Shown here: in pieces, positions 12,385-30,089 of the stretch
How positions within the stretch are numbered: position 1 is the stretch's first letter
How the letters are laid out: each line of letters starts with the position of its first letter
NCBI RefSeq assembly: GCF_022539665.2
Contig: NC_081331.1
Location: 10,602,001-10,666,000, forward strand
DNA length: 64,000 nt
Reading direction: 5' to 3'
Source of the DNA: Daphnia carinata
Taxonomy: Eukaryota
Translations under genes and position numbers: made by a program
The notes under the pieces: generated by a model
The model's input: only the letters and a program-made list of their open reading frames with translations
What the model was told of the DNA's origin: nothing
Database searches by the model: none

Positions 12385-15300
12385 ATGTCGTCGCCGTCTC
12401 TGACTGCCACGGGAGGCGCTTCGGTCGCAGCCTCTGCACCGTCGGTCGCGGCCTATCCCAGTCCTCACCTGAAGCAAGTTCTTCGTTCATACCAATCGGC
12501 CGCCTCTAGCTCGCTATCGGGACCTAATGGAATCCTAACCGGGCCGGAACATACCGATGCCAGTTCAAGTCTGGTTTATTACGCATACCCCAGTCTACCT
12601 CTGCCTGTAGTGGGTACATCGGCCAAATCGTCCTTGGCCGATGTCTCGTGCAGTGGACCCAAAATTCGCATCAAGAGCGAGCCCATTGACGAGAAGTTAT
12701 CAGCCGTCGAGACGTCTATCGGCTGGCCAGCACGCGGCTCACAGATAGAGTACGACGAGTTCAAAGTGCTGAAACTCAAACGGCCGGTCTACTACGCCAC
12801 CACCACCGCCAAGGACAAGGATGCCGTTGATTTGTCCTCGGGCCGCGATCCAGTCGCTGCCGCTGCCTCAGTCCAAACCGCAACCAAACCGCTGTTATCG
12901 TCGTCACCGCCACAGCAGCAGCAACCAACCACAACAGCAGCAACACTACCACAGCCAGCACCGCAGCAGCTACTGCCATCGTTCCCTATTTTGAGCGCAG
13001 CGGATCGGGGCTGGAGTCACGCTGAACGAAATGAGACGCAGCTGGAGGGCCAGCCGATTGCTTGTTTCACCGTCGGCGGCGAGCCGCGCCTCTGCCTGCC
13101 CCAGATCCTCAACTCGGTCCTTCGACAGTTTTTCGTCATGCAAATCCACGCCGTCTGCGACGAGTTGCAGATCAATTGCTCTCGCTGCACGGCCGAGCAG
13201 CTGGACAGCCTCAAGGCATCGCCGGCCATTCTGCCCCGTTCGGCCGCCAGCTGCGGGCTCATTACCAAAACCGACGCCCAGAGGCTGTGCAGCGCCCTGC
13301 TGCGTCGCGGCATAAATGAAACAGGCGCTGGAACCGCTCTCGAACCGCAACGGCAACAACAACAGTCAGCGTCACATCCTTCGAGGCCTTGTGACGTATC
13401 TGCCAAGGATACTATGGTCAAAACAGAGCCGGAAACCCGTGCGGAAGAAGATGGTGGTAATTCCCGGTGTAGTACTACAAGCAGTAGTAGTAGCAACAAC
13501 AACAAAGGCCGCAGCCGCTGGTTTCGCGTCTACCACCAATGTTTCGGCAAGTGCGAGGGCCTGTGCAAGCCGGAACTGTACACGTCACCGGACGCGGCGT
13601 GCATCGAGTGCGCCGACTGCAGCCTGACTCTTAGTCCGGCCGATTTTATCAGTCACGCCCATCGTTCGGTCGAAAACCGAACGTGCCATTGGGGATTCGA
13701 TTCGGCCCACTGGCGGGCCTACCTCCTTCTAGCCCGTCGTCAACAACAGCCGCAACCGTCCAACGACGTCCTCCTCCGTCAGCTGGACGAGTTCAAGAAT
13801 CGATTCCTTTCTTCATCGACTCCAACAAAGACCGTTAAGAGGAAACTTCAGGTACTGCCATCATTATTATTATTAACTACCCATTAAATCCCACACGTAG
13901 ATACTTGGAACGAGCTTCCTGCTTGACAGTTAATGAATACCCATTTTTTAAAGGCTCCTTTTTTGTGTTGTTGTATACTACCCCGGCTTATGTTCTTCAT
14001 AGAAAAAAGAGAAAGAAAAAACTATTATCCAAAAAGGAATATGGTTCGATAGTTTTATGTCTCACAGAATTAAAACCATTAGTATTTTTTTCGTTTACTG
14101 GCTAGACAATGTCTAGATATTTTTCAAATGAAAATAGAATTTCGTCATTATTTTTTTTTAGGAGGAAGGTGAAAGGTGAATAATTTAGAATGAAATCATA
14201 TTGGAAATGGTCCTTTCTTTTCTGCTTCTTTTCGTAGAATTGTTATTGGATCTTCAAGTATAGGAGCAAGTTGTAAAAGTTAATAAGGAAGACAGGCATT
14301 TTGACGCATGGCATGGATAATTGCGCAGTTGATCGCCATCCAAGTTTTTTTTCTATTGGGGCCAAATGAGTCACGTATACGTACGACCATTTCTTTTTAC
14401 GCGTTAGCCCAGAAGGATACTGTCGACTTGTAAACTTCTTTTCCTTTCTGTACTTCAATTTTAGTCGGTTTTTTTTTCTCAAAGGCAATAAAATTGCTAT
14501 TTGATTAAATAAGGGGGCATTGGGTACATTTTGCCTTCTCTTTTCCCCTAGTGCCTTTTTATGAGATGAGATTGAAGACTTTACCCGACTTGTAGGAGGA
14601 GCTAGAATTTCCAAAAGATAAAAAAAAAAGAAATTGAGGGTTGGTAATGTGTCTGAAAGCGCAAGGCATGTATTTATCGGCCTGGAAACATAGTTTGTTG
14701 AAATGCAGTTAAAAGCCCGTGACTTTTTTTCTGCCAGGAAGCTCGTTGTTTCGTTAACTGAGAAATAAGAATGAGAGAAAGGCCCGTCTAATTATGAACG
14801 TCTGGTTTGTGTTTGAAAACTTGATGTCGATTAGAAAAAAGAGCAAGGAATAACGAAAAGAAATGCGACATTAGTTTCTTTTTTTCGAGTTGGATACGAA
14901 CGTGCGTAGGCGGTGACGGATGAAGGAGCCCGAGAGCTTCATCGATCCGCTTTAGCTTTCGCCAGTTGGCTCGGATATAACGACCAGCTCGAGAAAAGAG
15001 GAAGGGGTGCGAGGAAGTGAATGACGTCGTTGGTTGTCTCGACGGCGTGGGCTGATAAAAAAAAATCGATGCCAACTGTGTAACGTGAATTTCTCTCTTG
15101 CGAGGCGGGTATTGTGCGTGCATGTGCACGCTCCTTGCATCGACATAAACAACGTCGGTCCTCTGACCCTCTCTGCGGAATGAATGAGCCCCCCCCCCCC
15201 CCCCCCCCCCGAAATGCATGTACACACAACACAGCCAAAACAATCTGATGGCATTTTGTGATTTCAATAGACGGCGGAGGAGCCCATCAAAATGAGTAAA

Positions 15301-16305
15301 GTCTATCTGGCGGCAACAACGACAGCGGCAGACATAATAGTCGAGAACCAGCACCATCCGACCAAGAGGTACAAAGAGCATGGCGGTCGCCAATCGCCGT
15401 CAGCCGCCACGCCCTACGATCCGGCCGGGTACCATCACCACCACCAACTGTATAACGCAGTTGTGTACAACAACGGTAGCGGTACTGGTGGCAGTAGTGC
15501 CAATGGATTGCGCGAGTCTCCTCCTCCTCTGCAGGAAACGTCGTCGCGAATCCCGCACGACAAGTCCGGTCAGCCGAATGTGGCTTTGCTGGCCCCGCCT
15601 CGTCCGCATCTCCTACACCCAGCGCCGCCACCGACGTCGCTGCCACCTCACGCCTACGCGCCGGATCCTTCGCCGCCGGTCGGCAACCCCGAGATCGAGC
15701 TGAGCAGCACCGACACAGAAGACTCTGAATCGATCCCGTCTCACAACGGAGGTACATCCCGCACGCAGCCCTTAATGATGTCATTAACTTGTCAGTCAAT
15801 GAAAGCCGTGATACCCTTTCGTGGTCATCAGTTCTCTGTTTTGTACTCATTTTCTTGTTTTCGAATATTTAGATGAGAAGCATGTTTGGGATCTGCCGGC
15901 GAATCTGGCTCAAGAAGTCAGTTCAGTTGAAGAGCTTCTTTCACGGGGAGGGTGTGATTCGGCCAACAGCCGGTTAGTACTTCAGGTACGTTGTCCAAGA
16001 CCCCCTCTTTTTCGGTTTCCTCAATTTTGTCTTAGTACGACTCGTTTTTTTAATAGTTTTTTTTTTAAATTTTATGTATTTGTTTTTTAAAACAGGCATT
16101 TCGCCGTATGTGCTTCCGTCTGAACTGGGCCCAAGAACAGAAGCAGCAATATCCAACCAATGGTGTCCTCAAGGTGAGATTTATTTCGTTTTGGTCCGTT
16201 TTCCATCGTTGCTAGCTGTATCCTAAATCATTTGTTTTCTTATTGCAGTTGAGGACGGACTTGACCGAGTGCGATGGAAGCAGCACCAAGTACAAATCTA
16301 CTTAG
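12385..16305 (+). CDS. Snoo: Ski/Sno family TGF-beta/Smad corepressor; exons approx. 12385-13851, 15271-15751, 15873-15986, 16097-16173, 16249-16305
   Basis: N-terminal [19 protein letters not shown] block, Dachshund-homology domain ([16 protein letters not shown]...[17 protein letters not shown]) and SAND-like Smad4-binding domain ([13 protein letters not shown]...CIECADC...[16 protein letters not shown]). Downstream exons splice in frame to TAG at 16303-16305. Confidence 0.9.
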
Positions 16306-19300
16306 GTTTTTTTTTGTGTGTCGATTTTTTCTTTTTTCAAATTCAACGTGTGTGTGTTTGAGCGAGAGAAAAGAAAAACAATTCTCCCACGCCGATGTTC
16401 GAGCGGGTCGAGTGGTTGGGGGGGAACGAGGGAAAGAGAATGGAATGCCATCAAGATGAGCTGTGCGGAAGCCCCACATAAAACCGTGCCAATCTCTTTA
16501 AGAAAAAAAAGAGGAGACAAGGACTATGTACAATATCATAAAACACAGACAAGTCCCCTCTTCTCCTTCTCCCCCTCCTTTTCGTACACACACACACATT
16601 CGGGTCGTGATTGTGTTTAAGCGCGCGTGAGCGTTCTCTTGGGGTTAGTGATCCCGGCCTGTAAATCTCTTCCTTATCGTAAGTCTTCTTTCTCTCTTTT
16701 CGCCATCTCTCTTTTTCTCTTGTTATTTTGATTTAAAGAAAAAAAAAATACGAAAGAAGAAACGGGCGAAGAAAAGACACTTGACGAAATTGTCTGATGA
16801 CAGTAATTTACCGTGAATGGGTAGTGATTCTTCTACGTAGATATATCTTAACTCTTTACCTATATCCTAAAAATCTTTGCAATTTATATATTATATATAT
16901 ATATGATATTCACTGTATATATATATATATAAAGAATTTAGGGTAGCTATTGTATGAAAAGAAAGGAAGGATGATGATGCTCTATTTTCCCCTTTTCTTG
17001 AGGAGAAAAAAAATGGAGGGTGATAAGTGTGTGTGTGTGTCAGCTCAATTCGGCTACGACCTGATTGTAATTTATAATAATCATTGTGATGGGATTGAGC
17101 CGGGCCAATGTTGGCTCCACCTCCTCCACAATTATGGTGTTCGCAAACATCGTCAACATCCGACCGGATTTTGAAAACAAAAAAAAAAAAAAGATAAAAA
17201 AAAAAGTTCAAAGAAGTATATTTTTCCTTTTTAATTCCTCCCTCCCCACAGAAGATTGCCTCCTATTCCCCCATACATTTTTGTACTACCATCTTACATA
17301 ACGTAGTTTACTTAACCTAGTTTAAAATGTTCAGCCGCGGACACGTTAACCACCTCCCTGCCCCCTCTCCCGACGTTGTGTGCCCATTGAACAACAACAT
17401 GAGAAAAAAAAAGTAGCGTGCACTAAATGTTTGTGTCAAGTCTGTTTCACTGCCAAGGGATCGACTGCCACATCTGGGCGCGTTTTATTTCGGCACCGCA
17501 ACTGATAATGGTCCGATGTGTCTAGATATCTAAACAGATATATATTTACTTGTTTGTTTTGTTTTTCTTTTTTTTTTTTTAAATTCTGATATGATAATCG
17601 TTAAAAAGAATAAAAAAGGGGGAAATTAATGGGAATGGGGCGTTTGGGTGAAAGCTTTTTTCGATGAAAAGAGTAGGAGAGAAAAGGAAAAAAGTACAAA
17701 ATTATTACTATGTCGGATGTGTTCACTGGCAACTCAGTTGAAATGAAAAATCATCGATTCTTTTTATTGTTGTTAAAAAAATTTCCCTCCCTTTTTACGA
17801 ATGAAAAAGAAGTCGGAAGAAATTGGAAGCGGCATCCAACAGCCCAGAGATAGTTTCGTGCGCTTACATCTTCTCTCGCGCGCGCGCTTCTACCGGTGTT
17901 ATGTAAAATTGTAACATAAAAGTTTTCGTTTGTTTAAGCTAATCCCCCCTTTTCCCCCCGATTTTTTATTTTTATTATTGACATACTTGACAATTAAAAA
18001 AGAAGTAATCGTCGATATTACTATTAAAGAATGAAACACAAATAGAGGACGAGATTAACTCATTTCTTTATTATTATTATTTTTTTTATTCTCTCATGGC
18101 TATCATGCATTTATGATGTTTCCGCTTCAAAATCCATTTTTTTTTCTTGCTATTATTGAAATGCATTTTGTGTTGTTGTTTTTTTCATGCTCGATACAAA
18201 CTTGTGATGCTTTTTTTCTCGCTTCGATTAAACTATTGAAGAGAAATGAAGAAAAAAAATGAATAGACTTGAAATTGGAAAGCAGCTTTTGTTGCCAATA
18301 ATCGTCTTCTTTTTTCATTTATTTCTTTGGTTGTCTTGTGTAGGTATTCTACGTGCATTTTCCCGGGTTTTTTTTTCGAGGTAGGTCAAAACTAAAATTA
18401 AGAAATTGATTGAAAAAATCGATCCATCCGCTTTTTAACGGGCGGTTTTATTACAAGATTGATATCATTTTGAACCAATCTCTTTCATTCTTGCTTCGTT
18501 GTAAAAAATTTTATCCGCGACGCAGCTGCTAAAAATTAGCTCCCAACTTGGCAACATTTCAAGAATCAAACAAAACAAATGAAAAATTCTTCTGAGCTTC
18601 GGATTTGTGTTGCCCGACGAGTTGAATGCCAATTCAGGGAAATGCAAAGGATATTTTCTTTTGGCTTTCGAAATGCAGGAGATATATTTTTTTATTATTT
18701 CCATTCGTGCACGACTGAATTACTTTGCTATTCAATTCGAAAGATATTTATTTATAGCCCGGAAATGATGCCCTGGTGATCTTCATTCCACGTCGTTTTC
18801 ATAATGTGAGTATATCAGTACAAGCCTGTCTCATTTTGAACTATTTCATTTTTGATTGCTATTATTACTTAACTTTAAAAATTGTTTTGAGTTGCCCAGA
18901 CATTTTTTCAGATATTAATCCGGACTGTGTTTGCCGTAGAGTATTGAAAAAAGGACTTTGATCAGTTGAAATTTAAAAAAAAAGTTTGCCAGTTGATAAT
19001 TTGAAGTAGATTAAATTACCAAATGTCAGCACTCCAACAAAATCCCATTTTTTTTTCATTTATGTTATCACATTTTGTCCCGAATCTTCTTAGACTTTCA
19101 TTTTATTTAATCCATTAGATCAGCATTTTCCATCTCCATTTCAAAAAGTCTCGACAACGTCTTGGCAACTGCACGTCTTTTTCTAGTGAGTTACGTTGGG
19201 TGAAAAAAAAAAAAAAAGAAAATCTAAAATTTAAGATTTTTCAATTTCAGTTCACGTCCATCAGAAAATACGGCAGACACCGCATACTCAAGAAATGCTA

Positions 19301-21924
19301 ACTCTTATGAAATATTTCGAGCACCAAAAATATTTGCAAAGTGGAAAAGCCCGTCAGTAGACATTGTACAAGAAATGCCAGTTCTTATTAATGCCGATCT
19401 TTTATCATAAAATTGCACTTAAAAAAAAAGAAAGAAGGGAGGGAAATGTGAATAAAAATGGGGCATGGAATGCTGGCAGTTCGCTCAACTGCAGTTTTTT
19501 GTTGTCGTGCGAGCGGTACCAAAACGGGAGAGGCTTCCATATAATCTATATCGAGACTCCCGTTCACTATTAGAAATGGCTGCCGTGTCTGAGTGTGGTT
19601 GCAAGTACGTCAGCACAAAAATAGTCTTGGGGTTGGAAAAAGAAATATGTAGCGGAGAATAAAAAAAGAGGAACGATGACCAGCACAGTAGCACCGACTC
19701 TTTTCGCTTGACAGTTTATTTCTTCCATCCTTCCAACGGTCCACCCAATAAAAGTTGGAACGTATTCAAAAAAGACGTGCCGAGTACATATTTGCGGTTT
19801 CTTTCATCAGCGGATTTTTATTGTGTAAAATTTCCATAGTAAAAACAAAAAACAAAAGAGACACGCGACTGTGCGCCCTATATTTATCCTTGCTCAAAAA
19901 AAAGCCAAGAAAAATATATTAAGAAACGGAAAAAAACAGAAAATTGGTGATTATAAGCCTTTGAGAAGTGTCGGCTAAACGTGACACAAATCCAATGCGG
20001 ACGTGACCTGAAATTGTCTCTCTTTTAAGAAAGAAACAAAAAATTACCACTCTATAGCCTATATCTATATATCTAACCCAGAAATGAATTTTGTTGCAGC
20101 CCCATCTTTAGATTTTCAATGAAGGTGTGCCATCGCCGTCTATTTCGAAGAAAAATCAACACGAGATCTACACAGCCCTTAACCACATGAGAAAAAACGA
20201 CGAAAAAATAAATAAAAAGGAAAGACACGTTTTCTCTCGACTCTCTTTCGTGGTCGTTGACTTTATCTTGTCTCTGCTGCGCATTCGCCAGCAGAATATC
20301 AATAAAGTCGGCTTGCTGCTATATTTGTGAATCTGCGAGAAAGAGAGAGACAATGTCTGTTTTGTCTACGACGAGTTGTTTTCTTTTCTCGATACAATAA
20401 TAGAAGGAGAAGTTCAAGAAAACATGCGCCCATGACACTACGTCCTCGGTTGACAGCCCTTTACAGCTCAGCAGACAGCAGTCGCCCCATGTCCTAGGTC
20501 GTAAAAAGTCGATATATCACAGACTCGAAATTCATGCCTGTGAAAGCCCAGCAGCATAAGATACCTTTGTGACCCTTTTCTCTGTTTCTTCGGGCCATGA
20601 ACCCGGACCCTCCAGTTTTGAACCACAGCCAGTAACACAGACGGTGAAAGTCCAAAGAAGCCAAAGATGCTCGTAAAATATATGTATCTCTCTCCTCTTA
20701 CGGCCCATGTAAGCCTCGAGTCCTTCCACACGGAGCTACGACCAAGTGCATATTACCGTTAACCCACTTGAACTTGAAACCTTGTCAGCTTGTTACAAAA
20801 CGAGGCCAAAAATAATAAGTTGGAGGCTGGCCTTAGGTAGTTAACTTTGTACTGTACGACACTGAATGTATACTCGGCAAAAGTCTGGAGGTCGTTAAAA
20901 AAATCAAACCGAAACGAGTATGGAAAAGAAAACGAGACATCGTTCGGTCTTGATTGGGCGGACTTGTTCGATCCGTGACTGATTAACGGATAACTTTTTA
21001 ACCAAATAACCCACTTCAAGTGCATGCACGCGCAACGAGAGATAGGGGAAAAATGTCGGAGTAAAAACTGCTGCGCAGTTGTTAAGTTTCGAAACCAACG
21101 AGACAATAGATGAACTTCGATCATCTATCTGGTGGGCATTCAACTTCGTCTCCCTGCCGCAACCAATGATTGATTAGGAAAACATTCAGGACGACATGCA
21201 AAATCAATCAAATGGCAACAAGGAACTGGTTTCGGCATTATTGCATTGTTATGTCCCTTATTTTTGCTATGTTTTTGGCATTGATTGCAAAGATTTGTCT
21301 AGAAATTTTCCTTAATTGACATCAGCAGCTTATCGAAGCGAAACATGTTTCCAACCTTTCAAAACACACATAAACATACATGTGTTTGACTTTCACTAAA
21401 AAAACTCGATCGCTAGGATAATGCAACTATGTTGGCCATTCGAAAATAGACGTTACAGGATACCCACAAGGTATATACTGTAAGTTTTAATGTGTTCCAT
21501 TGTACGGAAAGTATGGGGTGGTTTTCAACCAAGCAAACAAGCCGAGCACTAGAAAACATAACGTCCCGAAATGGAAGGCTCTGGAGCAAACTAAACCGCA
21601 AGTTCATTACATGGTCATCACCACATATTATGTGGTAGGCATTCTTTTCCTTTTCAGAATTGCACTGTACTTTCCAGACCGTTAAAAAAAAATGCGAACA
21701 AACGGTGTACCATTCTAATACCTTCAATTTAAAAGAAAAGAACTATAGAATATTAAGTGGAATTGATTCACATCGTTGTTCATTTAAAAAAAAAAAACTT
21801 TTAGTGAATACATTTTTAAATATACGATGTGATGATAAGGCAACGTTCGTAATTTATCGAGGTCGTAAACAGGAGTAACTAAAGACAACAAAGTATCCAT
21901 TTTTAACGATCCTTGCACGTTGCT

Positions 21925-22670
21925 GGGCTTATTTTCTGCTATGGCTAAATTTTAAAATTGGCTTAAAATACCTGATATCGATGCAGAATGGAATGCTAAT
22001 CACCGAAACCAAGTTTATTTTTTAATTGGCCTTATAGTTAATTAAAGTAAACCTTAAAAACAAAAAAAGTCGCGATAAGAGCGCAACATTTTTTTAATTT
22101 ATTTTGAAAACGGCTGGTTTAAAGAAAAAACCACTAACGAAATCGAACTCAGCGTTCAATTTTGGCTATACCCTGTGATTTTTATCGAATTCCAAGAGAT
22201 TTAGTTTTTTGGCTGATTTTGACAAAAGTGGGAAGGGTATAGCCTTCTCACTTTTTCATTTTTGGTCAAATTTCAAATTTGGCTTAAAATACATGATTTC
22301 CAATCAGAATTGAATGGTAATCACGGAAATCAAGTTTATTTTTCAATTGGCCTTACAGTTTTTTAATAAAACGTCAAAAATACAAGGGCTTATTTTGTCG
22401 GGCTTAAAATTTGTAACTGCAAAAACTGACACTTATTGGAATTGGTTGGAAATTACAGAATATAGTAAAAATTGAATGCTGATCACAAGGAAATTGCTAT
22501 TTTTTTCATTATATTAATCGTTTTTGAAATACATCGAATATTTGACGCAATGCTAGCGCGCCAGTATGCTACAGCGCTAGCACGATGCAGCAGAAAGTCG
22601 GGCTTATTTATCAGTCGGACTATTTCTTCTCATTAATTCAACCGTTTCTTAAATACACCGAATATTTGTG
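21925..22670. repeat. Modular DNA-transposon-like repeat (GGGCTTATT family): two ~320-bp-period copies plus a unit ending in the GCTAGCGCGCCAGTA..CAGCGCTAGC hairpin
   Basis: 21947 and 22268 begin near-identical AAATT..AAATTGGCTTAAAATAC..GAT...CAGAAT blocks. 22385-22600 aligns with 37893-38101, and related sequence lies in reverse orientation at 35100-35560. Confidence 0.7.
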
Positions 22671-23776
22671 GTGCATCCGCTAACTAATGATTAATAGTCA
22701 CATAAAAAATTGAGAGAAACTAAGAAAATGAACTTTTAATATTTATGCAACTTTTTTTTTGTTTAGGGAGAGAATGCATGCCAAGTTGTAATTCCCACGA
22801 TATTGCTTAGTGTTAACCTATCCTATTTCGTCGGAAAAATCTTGCTTTTACAGCCTTCGTGTATCAATTCAAGCCATATACATATATTTATATAAGCCCC
22901 ATGATTGTCGTGTATAAAAATGCAAGAGAAAACACGTAAAAATATCCATGATAGCCTACATGACTCGTCGCTTTTATAACTTGATAAGCCATTACACATA
23001 GGAAAGGTATGACTACAACCCATTTGTCTAGACCGACTAGGCGGTGTCATGGAGTATGCAGGTGCCTATTTGCCAAAGCAAAGACTTCATCGTCGTAAAA
23101 CCGACTTCTAGCCAATTGTTTCCAACAAAGTGTGCACGAAATTTGTTTCCAAAATAGTCCATCTGTTTCGTGTCCGGATGTGTAAGGTAATAATCCCTTC
23201 ACATATTTTTCCCCTTTTGTAGAGGGAAAGCCAGAACGCCGTACTCAATGAACCCTTCTCAACCAAATTTCTCAGCTATTTTACAGTATCCCCATTAAGC
23301 AACAATATGCAGGCAGACGGGGAAAAAAACCCAAGCTAAAAAGAACACACAATGTATACTTTGTTTTGATCCTACATTGTGCGCCGATGACCAAAGAGAG
23401 AAAGAGGAATTTCTTTTTTTTAGTTGTTTTTTTTTTCTACATTTTTCCTCTTTCGGAACGGCTGGTAGAAATAAAATAACTCGTTAGAAACGTATATGGT
23501 TTAAAAATACATGTTAAACATCAAAAGATCAAAAGAGCATTCAAAATATTTGTGCTTTAAGACGAGTTGCTTTTTTGCCCCTCAAAAAATTAGAACATAT
23601 ACATAACGCTATTGGCAAAACAAAATCTATCGGCACTTAGCAAAAGCCGAGAGCATATTTCGAAAGAAAACCCGAGATTCCTGTTTACAAGAAAAAAAGA
23701 AAATAAATTTCGGCAGGTAAAGGATGAACTCGCATCGATTAGTCGAGTGGCACATTTCGATGAAGAGAAAACAATT

Positions 23777-27281
<3,505 letters not shown>

Positions 27282-30089
27282 TTTTGTTGTTTAACAGCCG
27301 AAACTGAAGCCTGCCAACTCGAAATGTCAATATGGAAGGGATGCAAGTTTAACTAAATAGGAGGCAATACTTGATTTACCAATATCAGGGAAGCTGCAGC
27401 AGTTACGACATATTGTTTCCGGCAAGATATCTTCCTAGCCAGTCGAGGAAAACAACGGTTTCACTTTGATTCGATTGACAGTGATGTCAATAAAAGTAGC
27501 TGTTTGATAACACATCGCTAGGTGGCATTGCGGAGCTATTCCCAGCTTGAAATAATAGAAATAATGCACTCCAATACAACTGCTCTCGGGAACAGGTAAT
27601 ACGAAAGTAGTGTGATAGTCTATAAAACGAAATCTAAACATGTCAGTAATTTTATTGCTTATGTAGACTAGGTGTGGGTTTTGAAGGTGCGTAGTTAAAA
27701 GTCGTCAATTTAAATGTCGTTTTGTTCAATTTACTAGTACATTCTGAAGAAGAGCGTCGTATGGCGTGCTGTAGAAACATGCCTTTCGTATTCGTCTGTC
27801 ACTAAGAAGTGATGATGGGGACATCGAAAAGGCTGTTTTATACAATTTTGCACAATTGTCTTTGGAGGCGATCATATTGATTTTTTAAAGCCTAAAGCAG
27901 AACGTGTCCATCTTTTTCCATTTCCAAAAAGGTAAAATAAGTTCTTCTATTTTCAATTTTATTCAATCATTATCTAAATAACCCTGAGTAAAAATTGGAA
28001 CAGGGATCGCGAGAATCAAGTTCATTTTCTTTTGGAGCTATAGTTTTTGAGCTACATCTGCAATTCTATCATGACAAAATTTTTTCCATCCGCTGTTTAT
28101 TGCAGTGCAGACAACAGGTTATTACTAAGTTCTGTGTGATCAGATAAAATCTTGAAAGGAAAGTAAATCATATAGAAAACATAACGAATCGTTCTACGAC
28201 AAACCTGATATGATTTTCGGAATCGTCATTTAGTATTGCTTAACGTGGGAGATTTATAAAGTTTCGTGAGTAGCTTGCAGATAAAAGTGTTAAGTAAATT
28301 ACTTTGTGAACATTATTACTAAAGAATGATAGATGAATGATGATTACCAAAGATTTGATAGAATAACTTTTGATGATGGTTACATTTAGCAAGAAATTAG
28401 AGCATTGTGAATCTTTGTTGCTTTATTAGCTTTCATGATTTGTTTCTTTCAGATATTTTATTGACCATTGGTTCAATTTTTGGGTAAACCATGTTGCGTT
28501 GGATAAGCGAGATCCTAATATGAGGCAGATCCTTCTTGTCACCCAGGAAATATGGATAATTGAGGGCAGGAAAAACAGATGATTTTTAAAAAATATTATT
28601 CACTTAATTTAATATTGATTTTTAAAATAGAAATTTCATGGAATCAAAAGAGCACCTGACAGCAAACATTGATTGTACTTTGGAACCTGAACCAGTATGA
28701 AAGCTACTTGTTCAGTGGGACCAACTTACCTCTGGGCAGGAACCAAGTCCCTAAAAGGTATTTTTTTGCTTAATCTGAACACTATAGAAATTAAGGTCTT
28801 CTTCATATATTTTAAATTTGTAAACCATGCAATACCGATCAATTATCTACCGGCGGAAATTTACTTGACAGAGCTTAAATTTCAATTTTGCAAAAGACGT
28901 ACTGTGGGTAAAATGGCAGAGCCAGCATATGTCTCCCCGTGTTCATATGACTCTTCCCGTATCGACGCTATGCAAAATGAATCACTGTTGCATTACTGGA
29001 GACTGCATGCTCTTCATGGTCCTACTGCCACCGCCGAAAAAGTCGTCGGTGCCGACCACTGTAACTTAAAAATGGATGAAGATGGCGTCGACTTGCATGT
29101 TGCACACTGACCTGATGTAGTCATTAGGAGAATGTCGATGTCCTTGTAAATTTGTATATGACCTTATGTGACGCCCGTTTGCCCAAGTCTCACATGTGCG
29201 GCATCAAGTCGGTTTTGTTGTCCTTTGCGACGCTGCTTTTTAAGCTATTGCCGCCTTCAATGTTGTCACTATGGTCACTCATCTGCCCACTTACTCCACG
29301 CTTTTCTCGTCTTATTTTATCCTCCCCTTAGCCACGTCGTTTTTTCCAAAACACTTACTGGTCCATCTTTTCGATGGGCCGTCAAAACTATACTGGTAAG
29401 CAAACCCGCGAACTGAACACCGTCTCCAATAGTGTGGAAACCAAGGCGAATGAAGTTATCATGGTTGATGTTAACAATCCCTACGTCTTTAACGACACAG
29501 ACGACCGTTATCGGATTTAGGATTTTGTTCAGGATCTAGGTTTAAGGTTGACCTTTTGTAATATGATGGATTAATCCATGAAACCTATCGCTAGGAAAAC
29601 TGCGTTCTGTGCGGTAAGTACAACAACCAATTTGCTGTTTGACAGTCACAGAACCATAGCTAACGTATTTCGCCTAATCCGCTGATATTTAGAGATTCTG
29701 CTCTACCATTGTGACAGTCTACCTTACAGTAGTTAAGACACCAACCATTAAGGCATTTACGTGAGACATGCAATTTTTGGAATAATGGTAAAAAACGGCC
29801 ACTATAGCAAAAAAAAGTTGAGCTACAGGTCCTTTCCTTCTATTGATAAACAAAGAAAAAATAAAGAAAACAAAAATAAAGTTGCGTGTCTTACGTCACT
29901 TTTTGTGTTTTATTTTGAAAACGGCTGGTTACGTGATAAAACCAGCCACGGATATGGCAATCCGTTTTACACACAAAAAAAAAAATTTCGCCAAAAAAAA
30001 AAAATCACATTTTCTTTTTTTTCCGACACGTAGCCATCTACCGCTCAGACTCGTTATTACTGGCGTAGGCAATTTCAGTCCATTGGATG

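Noticed and set aside
12579..13627. Several overlapping antisense and alternate-frame ORFs in Ski/Sno exon 1
   Set aside because: Expected shadows of a GC-rich coding exon; no recognisable motifs.
15188..15210. Poly-C run (and poly-G at 38200 and 50394) as functional G-quadruplexes
   Set aside because: Pure homopolymers of uncertain assembled length, with no further support.
20468..21143. Minus-strand ORFs between Ski/Sno and Ack
   Set aside because: Short, with no consistent splice chain or recognisable domain; may be a decayed fragment but cannot be supported.
23026..23033. Perfect Smad palindrome GTCTAGAC
   Set aside because: About one copy of any given 8-mer is expected by chance in 64 kb, and it is isolated.
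29748..29775. TTAA-GGCATTTACGTGAGAC as a Kolobok/piggyBac-type left terminus
   Set aside because: I could not find a matching inverted terminus in the window.
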